Source: Balanoglossus misakiensis (taxonomy: Eukaryota; Animalia; Hemichordata). Taken from it: 64,000 bases of DNA. Position 1 is the first letter of the stretch. The number at the start of each line of letters is the position of its first letter. The notes under the pieces were generated by a model. That model was not told the origin of the DNA and did not search any database. It worked only from the letters and a program-made list of their open reading frames with translations. A program made the position numbers and the translations under genes. The DNA is taken from positions 10,056,894 to 10,120,893 of the forward strand of contig CM082589.2 in the NCBI GenBank assembly GCA_040954595.2. The letters run 5' to 3'. Below are positions 33,601 through 48,600 of the stretch, piece by piece.

Positions 33601-36600
33601 TATCCGTCGATATACAGAGTCTAGTGGAAAACGTTCTTATGCGCATAGGCCTCTCTATGTGTTCTGCGCATCACAACAGAATTTTGTAAACAAACGATGC
33701 TTTGTTTGGAAGCAACCATGGAAATTTTAGAACTATCCGTCGATCTACGGAGTCTAGTGGAAAAATTTCTTATGCGCATAGGCATATGTATGTGTTCTAC
33801 GCATCACAACAGAATTCGGTAAATAAACGAGGCTGTTTGGAAACAACCATGGAAATTTTACAACTATCCGTCGATCTACAGAGTCTGGTGGAAAAGTTTC
33901 TGATGCGCATAGGCCTATTACGTGTTCTGCGCCTCACAACAGAATTCGGTAAATAAACGAGGCTGTTTGGAAGCAACCATGGAAATTTTAGAACTATCCG
34001 TCGATCTACAGAGTCTAGTGGAAAACGTTCTTATGCGCATAGGCCTATCTAAATAAACGAGGCTGTATTTGGAAGCAACAAAGTAAATTTTACAACTATA
34101 CGTCGATCTACGGAGTCTAGTGGAAAAATTTCTTATGCGCATAGGCATATGTATGTGTTCTGCGTCTCACAACAGAATTCGGTAAATAAACGAGGCTGTT
34201 TGGAAGCAACCATGGAAATTTTAGAACTATCCGTCGATCTACGGAGTATAGTGGAAAACGTTCATATGCACATAGGCCTATCTATGTGTTCTGCGCATCA
34301 CAACAGATTTTTGTAAACAAACGAGGATGTGTTTGGAAGCAACCATGGAAATTTTAGAACTATCCGTCCATCTACGGAGTCTAGTGGAAAACTTTCCGAT
34401 GCGCATAGGCCTATCTATGTGTTCTGCGCATCACAACAGAATTTTGTAAACAAACGAGGATGTGTTTGGAAGCAACCATGGAAATTTTAGAACTATCCGT
34501 CGATCTACAGAGTCTAGTGGAAAACGTTCTTATGCGCATAGGCCTCTCTATTTGTTCTGCGCATCACAACAGAATTTTGTATACAAACGATGCTTTGTTT
34601 GGAAGCAACCATGGAAATTTTAGAACTATCCGTCGATCTACGGAGTCTAGTGGAAAAATTTCTTATGCGCATAGGCATATGTATGTGTTCTACGCATCAC
34701 AACAGAATTCGGTATATAAACGAGGCTGTTTGGAAACAACCATGGAAATTTTACAACTGTCTGTCGATCTACAGAGTCTGGTGGAAAAGTTTCTTATGCG
34801 CATAGGCCTATTACGTGTTCTGCGCCTCACAAGAGAATTCGGTAAATAAACGAGGCTGTTTGGAAGCAACCATGGAAATTTTAGAACTATCCGTCGATCT
34901 ACAGAGTCTAGTGGAAAACGTTCTTATGCGCATAGGACTATCTATGTATTATGCGCATCACAACAGAATTTTGTAAACAAACGAGGATGTGTTTGGAAGC
35001 AACCATGGAAATTTTAGAACTATCCGTCGATATACAGAGTCTAGTGGAAAACGTTCATATGCGCATAGGCCTCTCTATATGTTCTGCGCATCACAACAGA
35101 ATTTTGTAAACAAACGATGCTTTGTTTGGAAGCAACCATGGAAATTTTAGAACTATCCGTCGATCTACGGAGTCTAGTGGAAAAATTTCTTATGCGCATA
35201 GGCATATGTATGTGTTCTACGCATCACAACAGAATTCGGTAAATAAACGAGGCTGTTTGGAAACAACCATGGAAATTTTACAACTATCCGTCGATCTACA
35301 GAGTCTGGTGGAAAAGTCTCTTATGCGCATAGGCCTATTACGTGTTCTGCGCCTCACAACAGAATTCGGTAAATAAACGAGGCTGTTTGGAAGCAACCAT
35401 GGAAATTTTAGAACTATCCGTCGATCTACAGAGTATAGTGAAAAACGTTCTTATGCGCATAGGCCTATCTATGTATTATGCGCATCACAACAGAAATCGC
35501 TAAATAAACGAGGCTGTATTTGGAAGCAACCATGTAAATTTTACAACTATCCGTCGATCTACGGAGTCTAGTGGAAAAATTTCTTATGCGCATAGGCATA
35601 TGTATGTGTTCTGCGTCTCACAACAGAATTCTGTAAATAAACGAGGCTGTTTGGAAGCAACCATGGAAATTTTAGAACTATCCGTCGATCTACAGAGTAT
35701 AGTGGAAAACGTTCATATGCGCATAGGCCTATCTATGTGTTCTGCGCATCACAACAGAATTTTGTAAACAAACGATGCTTTGTTTGGAAGCAACCATGGA
35801 AATTTTAGAACTATCCGTCGATCTACGGAGTCTAGTGGTAAAATTTCTTATGCGCATAGGCATATGTATGTATTCTACGCATCACAACAGAATTCGGTAA
35901 ATAAACGAGGCTGTTTGGAAGCAACCATGGAAATTTTAGAACTATCCGTCGATCTACAGAGTCTACTGGAAAACGTTCTTATGCGCATAGACCTATCTAT
36001 GTATTATGCGCATCACAACATAATTTTGTAAACAAACGAGGATGTGCTTGGAAGCAACCATGGAAATTTTAGAACTATCCGTCGATATACAGAGTCCAGT
36101 GGAAAACGTTCTTATGCGCATAGGCCTCTCTATTTGTTCTGCGCATCACAACAGAATTTTGTATACAAACGATGCTTTGTTTGGAAGTAACCATGGAAAT
36201 TTTAGAACTATCCGTCGATCTACGGAGTCTAGTGGAAAAATTTCTTATGCGCATAGGCATATGTATGTGTTCTACGCATCACAACAGAATTCGGTAAATA
36301 AACGAGGCTGTTTGGAAACAACCATGGAAATTTTACAACTGTCTGTCGATCTACCGAGTCTGGTGGAAAAGTTTCTTATGCGCATAGGCCTATTACGTGT
36401 TCTGCGCCTCACAAGAGAATTCGGTAAATAAACGAGGCTGTTTGGAAGCAACCATGGAAATTTTAGAACTATCCGTCGATCTACAGAGTCTAGTGGAAAA
36501 CGTTCTTATGCGCATAGGCCTATCTATGTATTATGCGCATCACAACAGAATTTTGTAAACAAACGAGGATGTGTTTGGAAGCAACCATGGAAATTTTAGA

Positions 36601-39600
36601 ACTATCCGTCGATATACAGAGTCTAGTGGAAAACGTTCATATGCGCATAGGCCTCTCTATGTGTTCTGCGCATCACAACAGAATTTTGTAAACAAACGAT
36701 GCTTTGTTTGGAAGCAACCATGGAAATTTTAGAACTATCCGTCGATCTACGGAGTCTAGTGGAAAAATTTCTTATGCGCATAGGCATATGTATGTGTTCT
36801 ACGCATCACAACAGAATTCGGTAAATAAACGAGGCTGTTTGGAAACAACCATGGAAATTTTACAACTATCCGTCGATCTACAGAGTCTGGTGGAAAAGTC
36901 TCTTATGCGCATAGGCCTATTACGTGTTCTGCGCCTCACAACAGAATTCGGTAAATAAAAGAGGCTGTTTGGAAGCAACCATGGAAATTTTAGAACTATC
37001 CGTCGATCTACAAAGTCTAGTGAAAAACGTTCTTATGCGCATAGGCCTATCTATGTATTATGCGCATCACAACAGAAATCGCTAAATAAACGAGGCTGTA
37101 TTTGGAAGCAACCATGTAAATTTTACAACTATCCGTCGATCTACGGAGTCTAGTGGAAAAATTTCTTATGCGCATAGGCATATGTATGTGTTCTGCGTCT
37201 CACAACAGAATTCTGTAAATAAACGAGGCTGTTTGGAAGCAACCATGGAAATTTTAGAACTATCCGTCGATCTACAGAGTATAGTGGAAAACGTTCATAT
37301 GCGCATAGGCCTATCTATGTGTTCTGCGCATCACAACAGAATTTTGTAAACAAACGATGCTTTGTTTGGAAGCAACCATGGAAATTTTAGAACTATCCGT
37401 CGATCTACGGAGTCTAGTGGTAAAATTTCTTATGCGCATAGGCATATGTATGTATTCTACGCATCACAACAGAATTCGGTAAATAAACGAGGCTGTTTGG
37501 AAGCAACCATGGAAATTTTAGAACTATCCGTCGATCTACAGAGTCTACTGGAAAACGTTCTTATGCGCATAGGCCTATCTATGTATTATGCGCATCACAA
37601 CATAATTTTGTAAACAAACGAGGATGTGTTTGGAAGCAACCATGGAAATTTTAGAACTATCCGTCGATATACAGAGTCTAGTGGAAAACTTTCTTATGCG
37701 CATAGGCCTCTCTATGTGTTCTGCGCATCACAACAGAATTTTGTAAACAAACGATGCTTTGTTTGGAAGCAACCATGGAAATTTTAGAACTATCCGTCGA
37801 TCTACGGAGTCTAGTGGAAAAATTTCTTATGCGCAAAGGCATATGTATGTGTTCTACGCATCACAACAGAAATCGGTAAATAAACGAGGCTGTTTGGAAA
37901 CAACCATGGAAATTTTACAACTATCCGTCGATCTACAGAGTCTGGTGGAAAAGTTTCTTTTGCGCATAGGCCTATTACGTGTTCTGCGCCTCACAACAGA
38001 ATTCGGTAAATAAACGAGGCTGTTTGGAAGCAACCATGGAAATTTTAGAACTATCCGTCGATCTACAGAGTATAGTGAAAAACGTTCTTATGCGCATAGG
38101 CCTATCTATGTATTATGCGCATCACAACAGAAATCGCTAAATAAACGAGGCTGTATTTGGAAGCAACCATGTAAATTTTACAACTATCCGTCGATCTACG
38201 GAGTCTAGTGGAAAAATTTCTTATGCGCATAGGCATATGTATGTGTTCTGCGTCTCACAACAGAATTCTGTAAATAAACGAGGCTGTTTGGAAGCAACCA
38301 TGGAAATTTTAGAACTATCCGTCGATCTACAGAGTATAGTGGAAAACGTTCATATGCGCATAGGCCTATCTATGTGTTCTGCGCATCACAACAGAATTTT
38401 GTAAACAAACGATGCTTTGTTTGGAAGCAACCATGGAAATTTTAGAACTATCCGTCGATCTACGGAGTCTAGTGGTAAAATTTCTTATGCGCATAGGCAT
38501 ATGTATGTATTCTACGCATCACAACAGAATTCGGTAAATAAACGAGGCTGTTTGGAAGCAACCATGGAAATTTTAGAACTATCCGTCGATCTACAGAGTC
38601 TACTGGAAAACGTTCTTATGCGCATAGGCCTATCTATGTATTATGCGCATCACAACATAATTTTGTAAACAAACGAGGATGTGCTTGGAAGCAACCATGG
38701 AAATTTTAGAACTATCCGTCGATATACAGAGTCCAGTGGAAAACGTTCTTATGCGCATAGGCCTCTCTATTTGTTCTGCGCATCACAACAGAATTTTGTA
38801 TACAAACGATGCTTTGTTTGGAAGCAACCATGGAAATTTTAGAACTATCCGTCGATCTACGGAGTCTAGTGGAAAAATTTCTTATGCGCATAGGCATATG
38901 TATGTGTTCTACGCATCACAACAGAATTCGGTAAATAAACGAGGCTGTTTGGAAACAACCATGGAAATTTTACAACTGTCTGTCGATCTACCGAGTCTGG
39001 TGGAAAAGTTTCTTATGCGCATAGGCCTATTACGTGTTCTGCGCCTCACAAGAGAATTCGGTAAATAAACGAGGCTGTTTGGAAGCAACCATGGAAATTT
39101 TAGAACTATCCGTCGATCTACAGAGTCTAGTGGAAAACGTTCTTATGCGCATAGGCCTATCTATGTATTATGCGCATCACAACAGAATTTTGTAAACAAA
39201 CGAGGATGTGTTTGGAAGCAACCATGGAAATTTTAGAACTATCCGTCGATCTACAGAGTCTAGTGAAAAACGTTCTTATGCGCATAGGCCTATCTATGTA
39301 TTATGCGCATCACAACAGAAATCGCTAAATAAACGAGGCTGTATTTGGAAGCAACCATGTAAATTTTACAACTATCCGTCGATCTACGGAGTCTAGTGGA
39401 AAAATTTCTTATGCGCATAGGCATATGTATGTGTTCTGCGTCTCACAACAGAATTCTGTAAATAAACGAGGCTGTTTGGAAGCAACCATGGAAATTTTAG
39501 AACTATCCGTCGATCTACAGAGTCTAGTGGAAAACGTTCTTATGCGCATAGGCCTATCTATGTATTATGCGCATCACAACAGAATTTTGTAAACAAACGA

Positions 39601-42600
39601 GGATGTGTTTGGAAGCAACCATGGAAATTTTAGAACTATCCGTCGATATACAGAGTCTAGTGGAAAACGTTCATATGCGCATAGGCCTCTCTATGTGTTC
39701 TGCGCATCACAACAGAATTTTGTAAACAAACGATGCTTTGTTTGGAAGCAACCATGGAAATTTTAGAACTATCCGTCGATCTACGGAGTCTAGTGGAAAA
39801 ATTTCTTATGCGCATAGGCATATGTATGTGTTCTACGCATCACAACAGAATTCGGTAAATAAACGAGGCTGTTTGGAAACAACCATGGAAATTTTACAAC
39901 TATCCGTCGATCTACAGAGTCTGGTGGAAAAGTCTCTTATGCGCATAGGCCTATTACGTGTTCTGCGCCTCACAGCAGAATTCGGTAAATAAAAGAGGCT
40001 GTTTGGAAGCAACCATGGAAATTTTAGAACTATCCGTCGATCTACAGAGTCTAGTGAAAAACGTTCTTATGCGCATAGGCCTATCTATGTATTATGCGCA
40101 TCACAACAGAATTTTGTAAACAAACGAGGATGTGTTTGGAAGCAACCATGGAAATTTTAGAACTATCCGTCGATCTACAGAGTCTAGTGAAAAACGTTCT
40201 TATGCGCATAGGCCTATCTATGTATTATGCGCATCACAACAGAATTTTGTAAACAAACGATGCTTTGTTTGGAAGCAACCATGGAAATTTTAGAACTATC
40301 CGTCGATCTACGGAGTCTAGTGGAAAAATTTCTTATGCGCATAGGCATATGTATGTGTTCTGCGTCTCACAACAGAATTCTGTAAATAAACGAGGCTGTT
40401 TGGAAGCAACCATGGAAATTTTAGAACTATCCGTCGATCTACAGAGTCTAGTGGAAAACGTTCTTATGCGCATAGGCCTATCTATGTATTATGCGCATCA
40501 CAACAGAATTTTGTAAACAAACGAGGATGTGTTTGGAAGCAACCATGGAAATTTTAGAACTATCCGTCGATATACAGAGTCTAGTGGAAAACGTTCATAT
40601 GCGCATAGGCCTCTCTATGTGTTCTGCGCATCACAACAGAATTTTGTAAACAAACGATGCTTTGTTTGGAAGCAACCATGGAAATTTTAGAACTATCCGT
40701 CGATCTACGGAGTCTAGTGGAAAAATTTCTTATGCGCATAGGCATATGTATGTGTTCTACGCATCACAACAGAATTCGGTAAATAAACGAGGCTGTTTGG
40801 AAACAACCATGGAAATTTTACAACTATCCGTCGATCTACAGAGTCTGGTGGAAAAGTCTCTTATGCGCATAGGCCTATTACGTGTTCTGCGCCTCACAGC
40901 AGAATTCGGTAAATAAAAGAGGCTGTTTGGAAGCAACCATGGAAATTTTAGAACTATCCGTCGATCTACAGAGTCTAGTGAAAAACGTTCTTATGCGCAT
41001 AGGCCTATCTATGTATTATGCGCATCACAACAGAAATCGCTAAATAAACGAGGCTGTATTTGGAAGCAACCATGTAAATTTTACAACTATCCGTCGATCT
41101 ACGGAGTCTAGTGGAAAAATTTCTTATGCGCATAGGCATATGTATGTGTTCTACGTCTCACAACAGAATTCTGTAAATAAACGAGGCTGTTTGGAAGCAA
41201 CCATGGAAATTTTAGAACTATCCGTCGATCTACAGAGTCTAGTGGAAAACGTTCTTATGCGCATAGGCCTATCTATGTATTATGCGCATCACAACAGAAT
41301 TTTGTAAACAAACGAGGATGTGTTTGGAAGCAACCATGGAAATTTTAGAACTATCCGTCGATATACAGAGTCTAGTGGAAAACGTTCATATGCGCATAGG
41401 CCTCTCTATGTGTTCTGCGCATCACAACAGAATTTTGTAAACAAACGATGCTTTGTTTGGAAGCAACCATGGAAATTTTAGAACTATCCGTCGATCTACG
41501 GAGTCTAGTGGAAAAATTTCTTATGCGCATAGGCATATGTATGTGTTCTACGCATCACAACAGAATTCGGTAAATAAACGAGGCTGTTTGGAAACAACCA
41601 TGGAAATTTTACAACTATCCGTCGATCTACAGAGTCTGGTGGAAAAGTCTCTTATGCGCATAGGCCTATTACGTGTTCTGCGCCTCACAACAGAATTCGG
41701 TAAATAAAAGAGGCTGTTTGGAAGCAACCATGGAAATTTTAGAACTATCCGTCGATCTACAGAGTCTAGTGAAAAACGTTCTTATGCGCATAGGCCTATC
41801 TATGTATTATGCGCATCACAACAGAAATCGCTAAATAAACGAGGCTGTATTTGGAAGCAACCATGTAAATTTTACAACTATCCGTCGATCTACGGAGTCT
41901 AGTGGAAAAATTTCTTATGCGCATAGGCATATGTATGTGTTCTGCGTCTCACAACAGAATTCTGTAAATAAACGAGGCTGTTTGGAAGCAACCATGGAAA
42001 TTTTAGAACTATCCGTCGATCTACAGAGTATAGTGGAAAACGTTCATATGCGCATAGGCCTATCTATGTGTTCTGCGCATCACAACAGAATTTTGTAAAC
42101 AAACGATGCTTTGTTTGGAAGCAACCATGGAAATTTTAGAACTATCCGTCGATCTACGGAGTCTAGTGGTAAAATTTCTTATGCGCATAGGCATATGTAT
42201 GTATTCTACGCATCACAACAGAATTCGGTAAATAAACGAGGCTGTTTGGAAGCAACCATGGAAATTTTAGAACTATCCGTCGATCTACAGAGTCTACTGG
42301 AAAACGTTCTTATGCGCATAGGCCTATCTATGTATTATGCGCATCACAACATAATTTTGTAAACAAACGAGGATGTGTTTGGAAGCAACCATGGAAATTT
42401 TAGAACTATCCGTCGATATACAGAGTCTAGTGGAAAACTTTCTTATGCGCATAGGCCTCTCTATGTGTTCTGCGCATCACAACAGAATTTTGTAAACAAA
42501 CGATGCTTTGTTTGGAAGCAACCATGGAAATTTTAGAACTATCCGTCGATCTACGGAGTCTAGTGGAAAAATTTCTTATGCGCAAAGGCATATGTATGTG

Positions 42601-45600
42601 TTCTACGCATCACAACAGAATTCGGTAAATAAACGAGGCTGTTTGGAAACAACCATGGAAATTTTACAACTATCCGTCGATCTACAGAGTCTGGTGGAAA
42701 AGTTTCTTTTGCGCATAGGCCTATTACGTGTTCTGCGCCTCACAACAGAATTCGGTAAATAAACGAGGCTGTTTGGAAGCAACCATGGAAATTTTAGAAC
42801 TATCCGTCGATCTACAGAGTCTAGTCGAAAACGTTCTTATGCGCATAGGCCTATCTATGTATTATGCGCATCACAACAGAAACCGCTAAATAAACGAGGC
42901 TGTATTTGGAAGCAACCATGTAAATTTTACAACTATCCGTCGATCTACAGAGTCTGGTGGAAAACTTTCTTATGCGCATAGGCCTATTACGTGTTCTGCG
43001 CCTCACAACAGAATTCGGTAAATAAACGAGGCTGTTTGGAAGCAACCATGGAAATTTTAGAACTATCCGTCGATCTACAGAGTCTAGTCGAAAACGTTCT
43101 TATGCGCATAGGCCTATCTATGTATTATGCGCATCACAACAGAATTCGGTAAATAAACGAGGCTGTTTGGAAGCAACCATGGAAATTTTAGAACTATCTG
43201 TCGATCTACAGAGTATAGTGGAAAACGTTCATATGCGCATAGGCCTATCTATGTGTTATGCGCATCACAACAGAATTTTGTAAACAAACGAAGCGGAGTT
43301 TGGAAGCAACCATGGAAATTTTAGAACTATCTCTCGATCTACAGAGTATAGTGGAAAACGTTCATTTGCGCATAGGCCTATCTATGTGTTCTGCGCGTCA
43401 CAACAGAATTTTGTAAACAAACGATGCTTTGTTTGGAAGCAACCATGGAAATTTAAGAACTATCCATCGATCTACAGAGTCTATAGTGGAAAACTTTCTT
43501 ATGCACATATGCCTATCTATGTGTTCTGCGCCTCAAAACAGAATTCCGTAAATAAACGAGGCTGTTTGGAAGCAAACATGGAAATTTTAGAACTATCTGT
43601 CGATCTACAGAGTATAGTGGAAAACGTTCATATGCGCATAGGCCTATCTATGTGTTATGCGCATCACAACAGAATTTTGTAAACAAACGAAGCGGAGTTT
43701 GGAAGCAACCATGGAAATTTTAGAACTATCTCTCGATCTACAGAGTATAGTGGAAAACGTTCATTTGCGCATAGGCCTATCTATGTGTTCTGCGCGTCAC
43801 AACAGAATTTTGTAAACAAACGATGCTTTGTTTGGAAGCAACCATGGAAATTTAAGAACTATCCATCGATCTACAGAGTCTATAGTGGAAAACTTTCTTA
43901 TGCACATATGCCTATCTATGTGTTCTGCGCCTCAAAACAGAATTCCGTAAATAAAAGAGGCTGTTTGGAAGCAAACATGGAAATTCAAGAACTATCTCTC
44001 GATCTACAGAGTATAGTGGAAAACGTTCATATGCGCATAGGCCTATCATGTGTTATGCACATCACAACAGAATTTTGTAAACAAACGAGGCTTTGTTTGG
44101 AAGCAACAATGGAAATTTTAGAACTATCTGTCGATCTACTGAGTATAGTGGAAAACGTTCATATGCGCATAGGCCTATATATGTGTTCTGCGCATCACAA
44201 CAGAATTTTGTAAACAATCGAGGATGTGTTTGGAAGCAACAATGGAAATTTTAGAACTATCCGTCGATCTACGGAGTATAGTGGAAAACGTTCATATGCG
44301 CATAGGCCTATATATGTGTTCTGCGCATCACAACAGAATTTTGTAAACAAACGAGGCTTTGTTTGGAAGCAACAATGGAAATTTTAGAACTATCTCTCGA
44401 TCTACAGAGTATAGTGGAAAACGTTCTTATGCGCATAGGCCTCTCTATGTGTTCTGCGCATCACAACAGAATTTTGTAAACAAACGATGCTTTGTTTGGA
44501 AGCAACCATGGAAATTTTAGAACTATCCGTCGATCTACGGAGTCTAGTGGAAAAATTTCTTATGCGCATAGGCATATGTATGTGTTCTACGCATCACAAC
44601 AGAATTCGGTAAATAAACGAGGCTGTTTGGAAACAACCATGGAAATTTTACAACTATCCGTCGATCTACAGAGTCTGGTGGAAAAGTTTCTTATGCGCAT
44701 AGGCCTATTACGTGTTCTGCGCCTCACAACAGAATTCGGTAAATAAACGAGGCTGTTTGGAAGCAACCATGGAAATTTTAGAACTATCCGTCGATCTACA
44801 GAGTCTAGTGGAAAACGTTCTTATGCGCATAGGCCTATCTATGTATTATGCGCATCACAACATAATTTTGTAAACAAACGAGGATGTGTTTGGAAGCAAC
44901 CATGGAAATTTTAGAAATATCCGTCGATATACAGAGACTAGTTGAAAACGTTCTTATGCGCATAGGCCTCTCTATGTGTTCTGCGCATCACAACAGAATT
45001 TTGTAAACAAACGATGCTTTGTTTGGAAGCAACCATGGAAATTTTAGAACTATCCGTCGATCTACGGAGTCTAGTGGAAAAATTTCTTATGCGCATAGGC
45101 ATATGTATGTGTTCTACGCATCACAACAGAATTTGGTAAATAAACGAGGCTGTTTGGAAGCAACCATGGAAATTTTAGAACTATCCGTCGATCTACAGAG
45201 TCTAGTGGAAAACGTTCTTATGCGCATAGGCCTATCTATGTATTATGCGCATCACAACAGAAATCGCTAAATAAACGAGGCTGTATTTGGAAGCAACCAT
45301 GTAAATTTTACAACTATCCGTCGATCTACAGAGTCTGGTGGAAAACTTTCTTATGCGCACAGGCCTATTACGTGTTCTGCGCCTAACAACAGAATTCCGT
45401 AAATAAACGAGGCTGTTTGGAAGCAAACATGGAAATTTTAGAACTATCTGTCGATCTACAGAGTATAGTGGAAAACGTTCATATGCGCATAGGCCTATCT
45501 ATGTGTTATGCGCATCACAACAGAATTTTGTAAACAAACGAAGCGGAGTTTGGAAGCAACCATGGAAATTTTAGAACTATCTCTCGATCTACAGAGTATA

Positions 45601-48600
45601 GTGGAAAACGTTCATTTGCGCATAGGCCTATCTATGTGTTCTGCGCGTCACAACAGAATTTTGTAAACAAACGATGCTTTGTTTGGAAGCAACCATGGAA
45701 ATTTAAGAACTATCCATCGATCTACAGAGTCTATAGTGGAAAACTTTCTTATGCACATATGCCTATCTATGTGTTCTGCGCCTCAAAACAGAATTCCGTA
45801 AATAAAAGAGGCTGTTTGGAAGCAAACATGGAAATTCAAGAACTATCTCTCGATCTACAGAGTATAGTGGAAAACGTTCATATGCGCATAGGCCTATCAT
45901 GTGTTATGCACATCACAACAGAATTTTGTAAACAAACGAGGCTTTGTTTGGAAGCAACAATGGAAATTTTAGAACTATCTGTCGATCTACTGAGTATAGT
46001 GGAAAACGTTCATATGCGCATAGGCCTATATATGTGTTCTGCGCATCACAACAGAATTTTGTAAACAATCGAGGATGTGTTTGGAAGCAACAATGGAAAT
46101 TTTAGAACTATCCGTCGATCTACGGAGTATAGTGGAAAACGTTCATATGCGCATAGGCCTATATATGTGTTCTGCGCATCACAACAGAATTTTGTAAACA
46201 AACGAGGCTTTGTTTGGAAGCAACAATGGAAATTTTAGAACTATCTCTCGATCTACAGAGTATAGTGGAAAACGTTCTTATGCGCATAGGCCTCTCTATG
46301 TGTTCTGCGCATCACAACAGAATTTTGTAAACAAACGATGCTTTGTTTGGAAGCAACCATGGAAATTTTAGAACTATCCGTCGATCTACGGAGTCTAGTG
46401 GAAAAATTTCTTATGCGCATAGGCATATGTATGTGTTCTACGCATCACAACAGAATTCGGTAAATAAACGAGGCTGTTTGGAAACAACCATGGAAATTTT
46501 ACAACTATCCGTCGATCTACAGAGTCTGGTGGAAAAGTTTCTTATGCGCATAGGCCTATTACGTGTTCTGCGCCTCACAACAGAATTCGGTAAATAAACG
46601 AGGCTGTTTGGAAGCAACCATGGAAATTTTAGAACTATCCGTCGATCTACAGAGTCTAGTGGAAAACGTTCTTATGCGCATAGGCCTATCTATGTATTAT
46701 GCGCATCACAACATAATTTTGTAAACAAACGAGGATGTGTTTGGAAGCAACCATGGAAATTTTAGAACTATCCGTCGATATACAGAGACTAGTGGAAAAC
46801 GTTCTTATGCGCATAGGCCTCTCTATGTGTTCTGCGCATCACAACAGAATTTTGTAAACAAACGATGCTTTGTTTGGAAGCAACCATGGAAATTTTAGAA
46901 CTATCCGTCGATCTACGGAGTCTAGTGGAAAAATTTCTTATGCGCATAGGCATATGTATGTGTTCTACGCATCACAACAGAATTTGGTAAATAAACGAGG
47001 CTGTTTGGAAGCAACCATGGAAATTTTAGAACTATCCGTCGATCTACAGAGTCTAGTGGAAAACGTTCTTATGCGCATAGGCCTATCTATGTATTATGCG
47101 CATCACAACAGAAATCGCTAAATAAACGAGGCTGTATTTGGAAGCAACCATGTAAATTTTACAACTATCCGTCGATCTACAGAGTCTGGTGGAAAACTTT
47201 CTTATGCGCACAGGCCTATTACGTGTTCTGCGCCTAACAACAGAATTCGGTAAATAAACGAGGCTGTTTGGAAGCAACCATGGAAATTTAAGAACTATCC
47301 GTCGATCTACAGAGACTATAGTGGAAAAATGTTTTATGCGCATAGGCCTATCATGTGTTATGCACATCACAACAGAATTTTGTAAAGAAACGAGGCTTTG
47401 TTTGGAAGCAACAATTGAAATTTTAGAACTATCTCTCGATCTACGGAGTATAGTGGAAAACGTTCATATGCGCATAGGCCTATCTATGTGTTCTGAGCAT
47501 CACAACAGAATTTTGTAAACAATCGAGGATGTGTTTGGAAGCAATCATGGAAATTTTAGAACAATCCGTCGATCTACAGAGTCTAGTGGGAAACTTTCTT
47601 ATGCGCATAGGCATATGTATGTGTTCAGCGCATCACAACAGAATTTTGTAAATGAACGAGGCTGTGTTTGGAAACAACCATGGAAATTTTAGAACTTTCT
47701 CTCGATCTACAGAGTCTAGTGGAAAACGTTCTTATGCGCATAGGCGTATCTATGTGTTATGCGCATCACAACAGAAATCGGTAAATAAACGAGGCTGTAT
47801 TTGGAAGCAACCATGTAAATTTTACAACTATCCGTCGATCTACAGAGTTTGGTGGAAAACTTTCTTATGCGCATAGGCCTATTACGTGTTCTGCGCCTAA
47901 CAACAGAATTCGGTAAATAAACGAGGCTGTTTGGAAACAACCATGGAAATTTTAGAACTATCCGTCGATCTACAGAGTCTAGTGGAAAAACGTTCATGTG
48001 CGCATAGGCCTATCATGTGTTATGCACATCACAACAAAATTTTGTAAACAAACGAGGCTTTGTTTGGAAGCAACAATGGAAATTTTAGAACTATCTGTCG
48101 ATCTACGGAGTATAGTGGAAAACGTTCATATGCGCATAGGCCTATATATGTGTTCTGCGCATCACAACAGAATTTTGTAAACAATCGAGGATGTGTTTGG
48201 AAGCAATCATGGAAATTTTAGAACTATCCGTCGATCTACAGAGTCTATAGTGGAAAACTTTCTTATGCACATATGCCTATCTATGTGTTCTGCGCCTCAA
48301 AACAGAATTCCGTAAATAAACGAGGCTGTTTGGAAGCAAACATGGAAATTCTAGAACTATCTCTCGATCTACAGAGTCTAGTGGAAAACGTTCATATATG
48401 CGCATAGGCCTATCATGTGTTATGCACATCACAACAGAATTTTGTAAACAAACGAGGCTTTGTTTGGAAGCAACAATGGAAATTTTAGAACTATCTGTCG
48501 ATCTACGGAGTATAGTGGAAAACGTTCATATGCGCATAGGCCTATATATGTGTTCTGCGCATCACAACAGAATTTTGTAAACAATCGAGGCTTTGTTTGG